Below, piece after piece: positions 44,158 to 55,904 of a stretch of DNA of 64,000 nt (position 1 is the first letter of the stretch; every line of letters begins with the position of its first letter). Made by a program: the position numbers and the translations under genes. Location: positions 157,293 to 221,292 of the IMG/VR virus record IMGVR_UViG_3300040801_004034. The stretch is one strand, 5' to 3'. Below the pieces are notes generated by a model. The model was given only the letters and a program-made list of their open reading frames with translations. It searched no databases and was not told the origin of the DNA.

Positions 44158-44423
44158 AAATTATTGTATCAGTGTTCCTATTCAACAACTGCTTCAATGC
44201 CATGATCAACTGCTTCACTGACCTTAACACCATTACGCATATGGTTAAGAGCAATCTGCTGCGCTTTGTTCATCTGTGTTAGTGTTAGCACAACAGCAAA
44301 GTCATTGCGTGCAACTTGTTCAATTGTCTGTAGGCTGGCGTCTCTAATTTTCATACGGTTATTATATTGTGGTTCCATGCACATATTTAATGTGAACAAC
44401 CGATTAAATATGCATCCATAATA

Positions 44424-44681
44424 TTATCGATTAGTTGCGAAGCGAGGAACAAAGCAGTTCTCAACCACTCCAGTTCGGCGGTTCATGTTTGTGACAATAC
44501 CACAAATGTCATGCATAAATTCAACTCGTGGAGCTTCATGTAAACGCTCCCAATTCATTCCCATATCATCTGCATTGAGCAGATCCATGACAAGTGTCAT
44601 GCGGTCAATTTTGATGCCCATCTCGGTGAATTCATCTTCAGCGCGATCAGCTACTTTGGTCATTATTTCTAGTGGTCTCAT
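44424..44681 (-). CDS. DUF6874-like small phage protein
   Basis: MDL...FMHDICGI...NCFVPRFA. Confidence 0.55.
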   Translation of the reverse strand: MRPLEIMTKVADRAEDEFTEMGIKIDRMTLVMDLLNADDMGMNWERLHEAPRVEFMHDICGIVTNMNRRTGVVENCFVPRFATNR

Positions 44682-45829
44682 ACTCAGATTATAAGAAGGT
44701 TCCTACCTGTGCTTGACTGCTAATGTAACACTTGCATGATAGTTACAAGGCATGACCTGTACGCTATGTACATTAACTGGCTCGGAAAGTTCCATCCATT
44801 GCTGTAATGCTGGAACTAAATCTTCATTTGGATCATCCCATGTACCTGTATTGATATCAAAGCTGATGTTCACGCTTCTAATTTCGCGATTAGGCTTAGG
44901 TAGTTCTATTTCCTTACCTTGTTCAAAGCGAAGACCATAGCATGATTGCGAAGCAAGAGCAATTGCGATGTCAGCAACATGACCTTTAAATGTTCCAAGC
45001 TGCTTAGTAGTGCGACCTTCACAGTCACCTTCTGTTGTAACCTTCCATATACCTTCTGGAGGACCGACAGTGTCTTGCATTTTGTTCCAGATATCACGCT
45101 GTCGTTCGACAGCACTATCTCGGCGTTTAAGTTCCTGAGCTAGCTGCTCAGATGTAAATTGTTTAAGGCTATCCATATTAGCCTACGATCTTATATTCGT
45201 CGCGCATGCTATCTGCTAATGACATCTTGACCGACTTAAGAGTGATGCCCGGAACTTTGCATAGTGCATATTCTTCACGTGCACGTTCGGTCACAAGCTT
45301 GTTAAATTCTTTCTGTGTGATGGTTGTTTTCATAAGTGGTATGTTAAGAGGGTTCCATTATGGCTCTTTACGAAGAGATGGATGACATGTCTCATTAAAG
45401 CCTTCAAACCATGCAGCATTTTCGAGCTCATTTTGTTCGACCTTCTTAGTCATCTCTGGTGTATCATGTCTTCTATGACCTAAACGAAATGGTCCACCTG
45501 GTGTGTAATCCCAGTTCTCAGAACCATCAAACTTAAGACCGGTCAGGCGACCATCTTTGTATGCTTTAATGTTTGATTTCATGTCGCTATGTTAAGAGGG
45601 TTCCAAGATTAATCATCACCGAATAAGTTGTCATTGTCCCATTGATCACAAGCACGAACTAGATCAGTGATGACCTGCTCACGACCAACATTGAATGCGA
45701 AGCGAATGAATGTTAAACACCCATGATCATATACACCTGGTATGTTCCGGCCGCGTGCTTCAGCGAGTGATTCGATTGCTTGTTCGTATGTGATTGTTTT
45801 CATGCCTCTAGTATAGAGAGGTTCCAATC

Positions 45830-47050
45830 CAGCTCAGAACGGAACAGTGATATAATATGTGTACAGCCAGATCGTGTCGTGAGCGAAATGCAGAGCCCGA
45901 GGGGTTGGCGAGAACTCCCTTGAGATATGGACCTGCTCCATCTCGGAAAAAAGGAACTGTGATATAATTGATGTGCTCCACCTACCTGCCTAACAAGGAT
46001 TGCCGGGATGGAAGGAGCAGAGATCTAGAGCTAGAGAGCAAACTACTCACCCTAGAGCGGAAAAGACCGGATGGGTTGCTAATGAAGAGTTTATAGGCCC
46101 CCACGCCTAGGCGGATCCAAACGGTCCAGCTATGCTTCTCTATAGAAATCCAGCTAAAAATGCTGGTAATGCGCCAGGTGCATAGGGAGTTAGAAGATTC
46201 TAACTTCAGGGTCGCCCGTCCGGATTCTCGCCCGGGTGAATTTACGCCCGTTTTGCCGCTCTGTAACTCGTTGAGAGGGTATGAGTTTACAGCCGATCCT
46301 GGCACGTAGTTCTGGAACCATGATATACTAGTGTTTTAATTTAACAGTGAGATAGCAGCCATGTAATAGATACACATAATAATATACGTAGACGTGCATA
46401 TGAAGCGCTATATATGAAGCGCTTAGGGCTCTCCGAGAGCCACGTAAGGATATATACGTGGGGTAATAATAAATGCCCGGGATAGCCAGGACGAATCTGC
46501 TATTGCAAGCGGGCTCAACTTGTGCGTATAGCTAGAAAGGAACACCTGCGCGGGAGATCGCGAGAGAAAGTGCGGGAGAGATAGCGCGCAGTGCGATAAG
46601 AGAGCGAGCGCGGGTGGGAGGGAGAAAATTTGAGCGGGAGACCTAACCAAATACCCGCTTAGATTCTATCATTTCCGTGCCCTCATATACCTCTCCTCAC
46701 ATAACCCTCTTGACTTTTCATACCTTGCTTAGCCTCTCCTCTAGGCTATTGCTCACATCAACAACAACCCTGCATCCATCATTAGTAGATATTACATTCA
46801 CACTTATATGTTCATCCTCTATCTCCACACCATGATTTTTCATCATGCTCTTTACCCTCTCTTTTATACCGCTTTTAAAATTATCATCTACCATTTTATT
46901 ACTCTTTCTATTAGTATTGTTATTGATGTTACTATTTCTAATATTACTCTTTCTATTGTTATTAGTATTGTTGTTATTAATACCCTGCGGGTGGGCTCAT
47001 TTCCTTCACTGGTGAGATATCGGGCTGTATACTAATGCCATTCCAGTTCC
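45830..47050. other. 1.2-kb non-coding region: candidate origin or genome-terminus region
   Basis: three plus-strand GGAAC promoters (45841, 45953, 46314); ATATGAAGCGCT x2; G/purine-rich GCGGGAGA repeats switching to a pyrimidine-rich tract near 46650; AT-rich ATTACTCTTTCTATT x2. Confidence 0.5.
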
Positions 47051-49628
47051 AAAAATACTTCCACACATCTTTCTCTTTTCTACACCATATCAATACCATA
47101 ATTATACTTCAGTTCCTTTTTGTATACACCATCCACACACCATCTCTTTTACTCAATGAAACACATTCAAACAACATCTTACCATTCACAATTTCATATG
47201 GTACGCCAGCTACAATAAGTATTGCACATACTTCATCCTCAGTCAAGTCACAAACATATTCCTTTTTACATGCTTGTTCACACATATTTAAAATGCTTTT
47301 AATATCATCAATCTTCATTATATTACCCAGATAATCTTTTTGTTTTAATTAAACCATTTGTATCTCTATAAACCATGAACCGGTGTGTTACAACAATACC
47401 AAATCTCACACTATTATACACTCTATATGATCCACACTTAGTCTGTGTGAAATCAAATTCAGCAATTGCATGCTTTGGTACAATAATTAGTCTCTTGTTA
47501 TCATCTCTATAATGGTATTCATCTGTGTATTCCACCACATGCTCTGATTTTGGATTACATAACCCCCAGTGACGCAAGTTACCTATGAATACATTTTGTG
47601 TTTGTATCCAGTGGTCTTGACCAATAATCTTAATCTTTACAGTCAGCTTGTGTACATCTTTACGCTGAACTTCATAGAACCTGTGTTTAAAAAATTGTTT
47701 GATCTTATTCATCCACCGGAACATAATATGTTTCAACTACTGTGCGGGTGCGCTGCTCTACCACCTTGGCACCATCCAATATTTCGCACGGCATAACACA
47801 ATCATACCAATCATTATCACCATCTGCATGTACCTGGTAAAAGCTCACGAACACATCACATAACTTAGCAACCTTTGGTGTGATTGAATACCATCTATGA
47901 TTATCTGTCTCACCATTAGTCACTGATTCAGTTTCAAACATCAGCATAGATGCTAGACCCTCATCACTACACACTTCATTTTCTAATTCAAAATGTTTCT
48001 TTATCAGTTCTCTTATATTCATAATTGTATTATACCTCTGTTCCTTTTTCCTCAATATGCTTCTTCACTATCCACAGATCATCACCTATTTGTCTTAACC
48101 ATTAACTCTTATGTGCTTACTATTATTTTCCAGTATTTCTACCATGTATCTTCATTACTTCGCGGAAGCTCCTCTGTCTAATTCTCTTGTTCTACTATAC
48201 TCTCTCATGGAACCCCTGGTGGGAACAGCTATTATTCATCAACCCATAGCAAAATATCGATGATACACATGATACACACATAAAACCAAATAATAATATA
48301 TATCCAACCTTCTACTAAATTAATAGTAGGATCATCTGAGATGAAGTCAGGTTTTGAATAACATAACAATACCATTACAGCAAGTGTATAAAGAATATTA
48401 GTTTTCATAATTAACCTAACGTACAACTTAACCCGATAAGGAACCATCCGATAATACCTAACATATACACTGTCCCAGCAGCGCTATCATCTGCATCGCT
48501 CAGTGGTTTTTTATCAAGCAATGATGATAATGAGATTGTAACATGAAATGTTAGTGCCCAAATCAGAAGGGGTATAAAATTGATTATATCCATCACTTAT
48601 TATAAGGTTGTTCCTTCTTACATTCACTTGCTGGTACTACTTTTCTGAATCTCTACATATAATATATATGCTACAATTTCGTTCATAGTGTTGGGAGCTC
48701 CCATCCATCCTCGTTCATGATGTCGGCGGCTTCTTTGGCACCGGCTTGTGAGGTGAATAATGATGTAAGATCTTGTGAAAGAATATGGGGACCAGCACAC
48801 CGGAGGCGGTGGCGGGAATCGAACCAGATGGAATACCGAGAGTAAGTTGCTTCATGCTTCGCATTCATCTCCATAGCCAGCGAGTAGTATCGCTGGTAGA
48901 AGGTGAAGAACTTGGAAGCTTGTTCGGCAGCATTTCGGGTTGGGAAGGTTCTACCAGCTCTTGGGTGATGAGGGCGGTCGCCAGCACTGTGACAGATCCA
49001 ACCATTATAGGTAACTGTATACATACCACCTTTCGGATCCCATGGTGTGACCGGATCAGGTGTTTCTTTAATAATCCTGTTAATTTGAGCTTTAACTGAA
49101 GCAATACGTTCAGTCTGACGAGCAGACTCTTTTGTAAGTTCACCTAGCTGTTCTAATAGTACTTTCATTTCATCTTTCATAATTAATAATTCCTTTCACA
49201 ACCATTAAAGATTATATTGTTACAATCTTGGTTTTCATGCTCTACTTGATTGTATGCATAGTGTTCTTCATCACCATTTTTGTATTGAGCCTCTATTGAG
49301 ACACTCATTTCTGTCCCATCATCATACTCGACCGTGAAATGATATGAATATTCATCTTCTCTATTTTTCATCTTGTGTAAAATATACAAATTCTGTTATT
49401 GGTTTATTGGTATCCTCATCAATTATTAATATCCAATCACCTAAACCTTGCTCGAAATGTTCGTTTTTAATTTCATTACGGATATATTCATCCATTGCTA
49501 CTGTATACATTATAACAGCAATAACCATAATCGGAAGCGATCCCATCTGTGTGCTTTCTGCACCAGCACATGCTAAGATAACAAAGAATATCATACTAAA
49601 AATAAAAAGAAATAACATCATAACAACA

Positions 49629-49976
49629 TTATATTAAGGTTCCTGTATGATCGCGGCGTTCATAAATGATAATACCTGCTCTTGTAGCTTCTTTCATCAT
49701 TGAAGCAGTACCCTTGCCTCCAGGAAATAAAACAACAGCATCAGCATATTGTGCCATTTCTCTATTACGAATAGGACCTGCAGCACGCCCATGCTTATCC
49801 CAATCAGCTTTGAATACTTTAATAGGTATACCCTTAGCCTGAGCGAATGCTTCACCACCACGATCTGCTCCTGTTGCACCACCACTCACAACTTCAGTTA
49901 TCAGGAGACTAGATAGGAATTTAACATCGTCATGATTAAGTTGATAATCTCTACCACCTGCAATGATTGTTTTCAT
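49629..49976 (-). CDS. YspA-like SLOG (DUF2493) protein
   Basis: IIAGGRDY, VVSGGATGAD, ADWDKHGRAAGPIRNREMA, GKGT. Confidence 0.85.
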   Translation of the reverse strand: MKTIIAGGRDYQLNHDDVKFLSSLLITEVVSGGATGADRGGEAFAQAKGIPIKVFKADWDKHGRAAGPIRNREMAQYADAVVLFPGGKGTASMMKEATRAGIIIYERRDHTGTLI

Positions 49977-50608
49977 TTTCTATTACGGAATGACTCTTTG
50001 AGATCAAAACCAGCACTTTCGATCTTATCTTTATTAGTCATCTCAGGAATGTGTGGTTCATTTGCACCTAGAACTGATCCGATATCTTGAAAGATTTCCC
50101 ATGTGGATGCAGGGCAACCAAGGTCTTTAAGCTGTGGGTTAAATTCAACATTACGTGCTTTATATTGTCGTTCCCTACCCCAGAAGATCATTATAGGAGC
50201 ATACTTCTGACATAGTGCGACTGCATTCTCGTTACGTTCCCCACTTACAAGCTTACTATAATGTCTAGCTAGGTACTTTTGTTCCTTAACGGCTTTGTCA
50301 AAATAATCATATGGTGTTTTAAAGTCATACACAAACGGTTCACCAGCCACATTTGTGAATGGGTAAGCTTTACCTCCAATTAGAAGTATATTACATTCAC
50401 CTTCATAATTAGATTTGGTTTTACTATTCCATTCCCATGTCAAAGGTCCCCATGTATATAGTTTATGAAACTTAAGTAGGTCGCTATATCTATTAGGATC
50501 ACAGCTAATATCAAGAACTTGTCTTTTACGATTATACACAACCTTCTCATCTCTGTACTGATGAGCAAAGTAGTCATAATAATCTTTAAATTTTGAATTG
50601 ATAATCAT
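49973..50608 (-). CDS. hypothetical protein
   Basis: FKDYYD...KIESAGFDLKESFR; 211-aa ORF. Confidence 0.65.
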   Translation of the reverse strand: MIINSKFKDYYDYFAHQYRDEKVVYNRKRQVLDISCDPNRYSDLLKFHKLYTWGPLTWEWNSKTKSNYEGECNILLIGGKAYPFTNVAGEPFVYDFKTPYDYFDKAVKEQKYLARHYSKLVSGERNENAVALCQKYAPIMIFWGRERQYKARNVEFNPQLKDLGCPASTWEIFQDIGSVLGANEPHIPEMTNKDKIESAGFDLKESFRNRK

Positions 50609-53007
50609 TTAGTTTGAAATACTTCTAATAATCATTGCAAGAATCTCTGGTCGTTTTGTTACGAGAGATCCTATTACTTTACGTTCTACCGCAAACTTAT
50701 CATGCTGACCGCAAGGTAGTTCATCTGGTGCTTTGCGAAACATATAGCAGTAATCAGACCCTTCACCTTTACCTTGATGACGACACCCATCATAACTATT
50801 TGTTTCATTTTTCATATAGTGATTATATCATTGTTCCACTGCTTGGCGAATAGCTTGTCTAAACACCCATTCATCACTAACTTCAGTACTATCGAGTGGT
50901 GGATAACTTATTGTACGTTGAATATAACCTTCTTCATTTACCCAACTGAGATGACCACATTTATGTATATCAATCCGCCATGTTTCAAGATTCTCAGCTA
51001 CCCATTTAATCATTTCACTATCTGTCATTACACTTATTATAATATTGTTCCTACACTGAATATTCTTCACCTGATTTCACATCTTCAACATTCACCACAT
51101 CTATTTGAACCTAGTATTACTTATATTGTTATGATAAAAGTAAACCAGCTTGATATTGGATTGCAGTTAAACTAGCAGTATCTGTATTACAATTAGCAAT
51201 TTCGTCAATGAACTTACGATATTTTTCATTATCCTCAAGTTCTCTAAGCTTGATTCGAGCAACTGTTCGATCTTTTCGTCCAGTCTGAACACCACTAAAC
51301 CAATAATCATCAGCCTTTTCAAACAGTATAATAGCACCTGTTTTAGTTGACACATCTTCATTAATTACAGCATTCAGTAAATCTTCAATATCCGCAAGTG
51401 ATTCAAATGAGAATTGATGCTTCTTAATGTATTCTTGTGCATCGAATTTAGCTCGTTGAGCTTTACCACATTCTTCTGCTGCAAGAGCAATTTCTTGTAG
51501 TGCATCGATCTCAGTATCACTATACTGCGACACATCGATCTCGATCGGTTTCTTCGTTACTGAATCAACAAGTGCTTTACAAATTAATTTACCATCTTTT
51601 ATTTCCATAATTTTACTTTCGTTTGATAGTCAGATATTTACAATCTTCATCATTAGGCATACTATATACCAGATCATAATCATCAGCTCTCATGAGTTCC
51701 CAATCATATATATGCAGAGTGTGACCATTACTAGCAACAGCAGCAACTAAAAGATTCTTTAGATGCTCTTTATCTGTTACAATTACATCTGGTATTGGTT
51801 CAATGCGTTCTTCTCCATAACGGTCTTTGAACACTTTTCGCATCCCTTTACCATCATGGTACTCAACACAGGTACAGCTAACAATTACTTGGTGTGATAC
51901 ATAAAGATGGAAATCTTTTAATACGATATCTTTAATATCTTTTTGTTTACGTTCAGGTAACAAATCAGCTGTTGTTAATATTAAATTCATAGTTGTTAGT
52001 TTATAAAAGTTCCATTATCACCCCATGTTGTAACCTGGTCTAAAAACGCTTTTGTTGCTTTACTAATACTGTCGGAATACCGCAGTTGTTTCTGCAATTC
52101 TTGAGTAACGATTTTACTAAGCTGCTCACGAATACACTTACCCATATATTCCATGACTGTTGCTTCTGTTTCTCTAGCTGCATGTGGTATATCATCTACA
52201 AATATTTCACCACTAAACACATCTTCTTTTGTTCCAAGGATAAAATTACATCTATATTTGAAAGATGGTGTGTATTTAACACTATGACCTGTATATGCAA
52301 CCCATTCACCTGATACAATTGACGATTCAAACTTGCGTGTGAACAGGATACGATCGGGTACATCCTGTTCGATCTCTCTATACAGCTTATGATATTCGTA
52401 GACGTCTTTCATTTTAATGTAAGTCATCAGGATGAATACCGAACAGCTCTGACATTGGGGCTCTGAGTGCATCTTTCAGCTCATTATATGCTGTTTTGTA
52501 ATATTCAAGTTCGATTTCAGTAGATGTTTCTTCAACTTTAACATCATTGTATACATCTTGTGCGATCCTTTCAGCAATAGCGACAACACCCGGATCAGCA
52601 TATGAAAGATCTCCGAAGCCGCTTACTGAATAGCCAATGAGCTGGGCAAATTGCATACGATCTTCTTGTGTGAAAGATTTGTATGCAATGTCGTTCATAT
52701 CTATACCACCATTTGTAAGAATGTAGTCAACTATTTCGTTCGTTTTAAACCGTACAGTACCTGATTCAGTCTTGACGATTGGTTGCATTGGTTGTTTAGT
52801 ATTCATAATTTATCTAATATTTGAAATATCACAGCATGCTCCACAAGCTGATTTAAATCGTACCCATATCTTATCTTCGATTCCTTCTTTGATCGTCGAA
52901 ACATGCCCAACTTCACAATCTGGATGACTTGCATCACCATTTGCATGATTTGGGATATAGGTCACCGGATCACCAACAGTATAGTCACTAGCTTTTTTGT
53001 TCATATT

Positions 53008-53264
53008 TTACCCTGCTCTAAAATGTTTAACAATTGCAAGAATTTCTGGATCATCAGTTTCTTCTTTTGGAAAATCAACATTAGATGAACATAAAAAACT
53101 GTCAACATCTTTTAGTTCATCACTATCAACAAAAAGTTCATTGTATTCTTCTTTGTTGAAACAGTATATCGATAATCACCCCACTCAATAACTAAACCAT
53201 TTGGTTCAACTGTAGCCCATGCCATAGGATGATTTCTTGTTTTGTTAAGTTTTTGTTTTTTCAT
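53008..53264 (-). pseudogene. small gene with apparent frameshift near 53165-53172
   Basis: MKKQKL...IEWGDYR continues plausibly in a shifted frame YCFNKEEYNELF...KHFRAG*. Confidence 0.45.
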
Positions 53265-53267
53265 AAT

Positions 53268-54047
53268 TTACAAATCCAAGTCCCAATATGTCACGACCAG
53301 GTAACCTTCACGTACCTTAGCAAGCACTATAGGATCATCTCGTCGCAGTGATTGTCGTTCAGCTTCTTGATTCAGCCAAGCACTATATGTAAGTTTTCTG
53401 CTACCTCTAGCATGAGACAGATCTTGCTTGAAAAGCTCTCGTGTACCTGCTACAAGTAATGACCGTTTCGGTTCATCAACTTCTTGTTCAAGATAATCAT
53501 CAAGATAAATTGAGCCAGGTATCAAACCTCTGAGTGCTGCTTCTGCATGAACTGATTCAAATGACCTTGCAGTATCACCTTTCAGGAACTTACCACCAAC
53601 TTTGTTAATGATGTTCTGGACGTGAGTATCCTCCATTGTAGCAATGAGATGATACACACCATCTTTTGATCTCCAGTATCGTTCAGGTGATTTTTTATCT
53701 TCAATTGATGTAGTTGTATCATCTTCAATAAGAACAATTTTGTTTTGTCCAACAGTTTCGTTCATGAACTTGATAATATCACCAGCATTCTCTTGCGGTA
53801 CAATACCGGTAAAGTTTTCAACCCCACTCCAGAACAGATCATGTTTGAAGCACAGAAACTCTACCTGCTCTTCGGTAAGGAACGACAAGCCAATACGCCG
53901 ATATGAGTCAGCAAATCGCTGCTCATTCTCAGTAAGCTCTGGTGTTACATTCTGTGTAAATCCAAAACTTGACAAATCATACTTCTTTGCATGAAGCTCT
54001 TCATGCTTATCAGATAGTGTTGTAAAGTCTTTGTGTATTGTATTCAT
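53268..54047 (-). CDS. hypothetical protein
   Basis: 259-aa ORF ending DPIVLAKVREGYLVVTYWD. Confidence 0.65.
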   Translation of the reverse strand: MNTIHKDFTTLSDKHEELHAKKYDLSSFGFTQNVTPELTENEQRFADSYRRIGLSFLTEEQVEFLCFKHDLFWSGVENFTGIVPQENAGDIIKFMNETVGQNKIVLIEDDTTTSIEDKKSPERYWRSKDGVYHLIATMEDTHVQNIINKVGGKFLKGDTARSFESVHAEAALRGLIPGSIYLDDYLEQEVDEPKRSLLVAGTRELFKQDLSHARGSRKLTYSAWLNQEAERQSLRRDDPIVLAKVREGYLVVTYWDLDL

Positions 54048-54602
54048 AAATTAGTTCTGTGTTGCAAGCTCAACATTTTTCTGAGCCTTGTAAAGATATT
54101 TTTCGAAGCCATGCTTTTCAGTACCATAAGCAGCCCATTCATACCGCTTACCATCAACGACTTTTTTGTCATCAACTTTGAGTACGTTCACAACACCAAC
54201 TTGCTTTCCGCCTCGGAACAGCTCATACTCTCGCGTGTTATGCTTCTGCCATTCGATGGTGAGCGATTTTGATTGCTGTACATCTTCTTCATAGACTTCA
54301 CCTGGCTTCAATTTACGTTTAAACGATGGTGCTGAAAGCTTACCATCGACTAATGTCATTGTTGACTTGTAATGCTTCTTAGCAAATTCTTTAAGCTGCT
54401 TGACGATTTCTTTGCGCGTCTTACCCTTAACAGCAAGTGTTAAACCTAACCCCTCACAATGCGGTTTTGCTAAAAGATTGGCATATGTTTCGGCACCTTC
54501 ATCTGTCGATGTTTTAATGATGTGTGCCATCGATACTAAATACATTGCTTCTTCTCTGGTGATGTTTTTCATACTATGATTATATCGAGGTTCCTTCACC
54601 AG

Positions 54603-54634
54603 AAAAGCCTGCTACCGATTAAAGTAGCAGGCTT
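54603..54634 (-). terminator. intrinsic terminator
   Basis: AAGCCTGCTAC-8nt-GTAGCAGGCTT then T-run on the minus strand, right after the SPFH gene. Confidence 0.8.
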
Positions 54635-54654
54635 GAAAAATTATTCTGATCAGA

Positions 54655-55647
54655 TTACTGAGTTGACTTTGAATCTAGTTGAAACAAGAATGGGTTCTGC
54701 GATCCGCCACCAACAGTGACAAACTTTGGTACTTCACCATTCCATTTTTCAGAGAAGTTAAGCAATGCTTCAGCTTTCATACGCTGTACATCAACTTCAA
54801 CTTGCTTCTTACGTGCTTCAGCTGCTTTAGCGAACTCTTCTGCTTGCTTACGTTCATTAACCGCAATACTTAGCAAACGCAAATTCTCTTGCTCTTGAGC
54901 AATCTTTTGCTGTTCCTTACGCTTAATATCCATTTCAGCAGTATATGCAAAGTTGATAGCTTCCTGAATTTCGTCATCAACATATGTCAAACCTTCTGCA
55001 AGACCAAACGATGTAATTGTAATACCGTATTCTTTAAAGTGCGATACGATATGTTGTCGTACCTTTTCAAAGATCTCATTCTTCTTAAGCTTGCACTCTT
55101 GTAGATTATATGCTCCAAAGCCTTCTGATAGTTGAGTTTGAATTACACCACGTACATTGCTGTCGATAATCTTACTAAGTGGTTGTGATCGATAGTAATA
55201 TAGAAACGTTGCTGTATCAGATTCATCTACATATGCTGAGATATTTGTCCCAACTTTAAATCCGAGGCTATCCAATGATTCAACTTCAATTGCAGCTGTT
55301 TCAGCTCCGCCTCGACTTTGTTCTGTATCACTTGTCCACTCACGTGTTACTGGAGATCGGTCAACTGTTACAACACGAATTGTAGGAATCCATTCATAAT
55401 CGTACCACATACGACCCAAGCTTCGCTTCTTGATCGGAATTGTAATACGCTTCGTAGCGACTTTCTGAGATTCCAAGAATTGGATACTCTCAAATTGCTG
55501 CTGGTTACTTGTCTTACCTTCGAGAGGGATAACAAATGCTGTTTCATTTGTATCGATCTCATCGATCGGTTCAACCGGTGCTGGTCCGAAACAACCTGTA
55601 AAGAATACAGTTGAAACGAAACCGAGGATTAGTACTAGTTTTTTCAT
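54655..55647 (-). CDS. SPFH/band-7 domain lipoprotein
   Basis: signal peptide with FFTG-C lipobox; YGITITSFGL, IQEAIN, coiled coil, EKWNGEVP. Confidence 0.8.
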   Translation of the reverse strand: MKKLVLILGFVSTVFFTGCFGPAPVEPIDEIDTNETAFVIPLEGKTSNQQQFESIQFLESQKVATKRITIPIKKRSLGRMWYDYEWIPTIRVVTVDRSPVTREWTSDTEQSRGGAETAAIEVESLDSLGFKVGTNISAYVDESDTATFLYYYRSQPLSKIIDSNVRGVIQTQLSEGFGAYNLQECKLKKNEIFEKVRQHIVSHFKEYGITITSFGLAEGLTYVDDEIQEAINFAYTAEMDIKRKEQQKIAQEQENLRLLSIAVNERKQAEEFAKAAEARKKQVEVDVQRMKAEALLNFSEKWNGEVPKFVTVGGGSQNPFLFQLDSKSTQ

Positions 55648-55655
55648 TTTTATTA

Positions 55656-55904
55656 TTATTGTGTTTTTGTTAGCTTGGTTTTAATTGTGTTAAACCAAAT
55701 TGTTAGAATCATTGCCAAGTATGCAACTGTTCCTAAGAACGGGATACTACCTTGAGAGAATTTTTCAGCTGCACTATAGACAACGATTGAATCTTCAACC
55801 TGTCGAACTGCAATTGATGCTTCTGTTGCGCTTCCAAAAGTGCTCCATGCATATAGAAATGCAATATATGCAAGTGTAATTAGTATTGTAGTTAGTTTTT
55901 TCAT
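55656..55904 (-). CDS. small two-TM membrane protein upstream of SPFH gene
   Basis: two hydrophobic segments. Confidence 0.6.
   Translation of the reverse strand: MKKLTTILITLAYIAFLYAWSTFGSATEASIAVRQVEDSIVVYSAAEKFSQGSIPFLGTVAYLAMILTIWFNTIKTKLTKTQ

Larger units (their letters stand above)
35852..45825 (-). promoter_or_regulatory. array of 28 GGAAC-N5-TATAAT promoters, nearly one per small gene
   Basis: copies start at 35852, 36073, 36538, 36831, 37151, 37803, 37984, 38278, 38944, 39297, 39508, 39859, 40143, 40678, 40891, 41218, 41517, 41781, 42086, 42712, 43409, 43957, 44163, 44361, 44688, 45341, 45589, 45810. Confidence 0.9.

Noticed and set aside
35852-45825. CRISPR array or integron attC reading of the recurring ATTATATCAGGGTTCC repeat
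   Set aside because: Spacing is gene-sized and irregular, the repeat is not palindromic, it contains a -10 hexamer at fixed distance from ATG, and no cas or integrase gene is in the window
45982-47035. ORFs 45982..46305, 46423..46650 and 46808..47035
   Set aside because: Low-complexity, atypical composition, no start signals; they lie in the repeat-rich non-coding region
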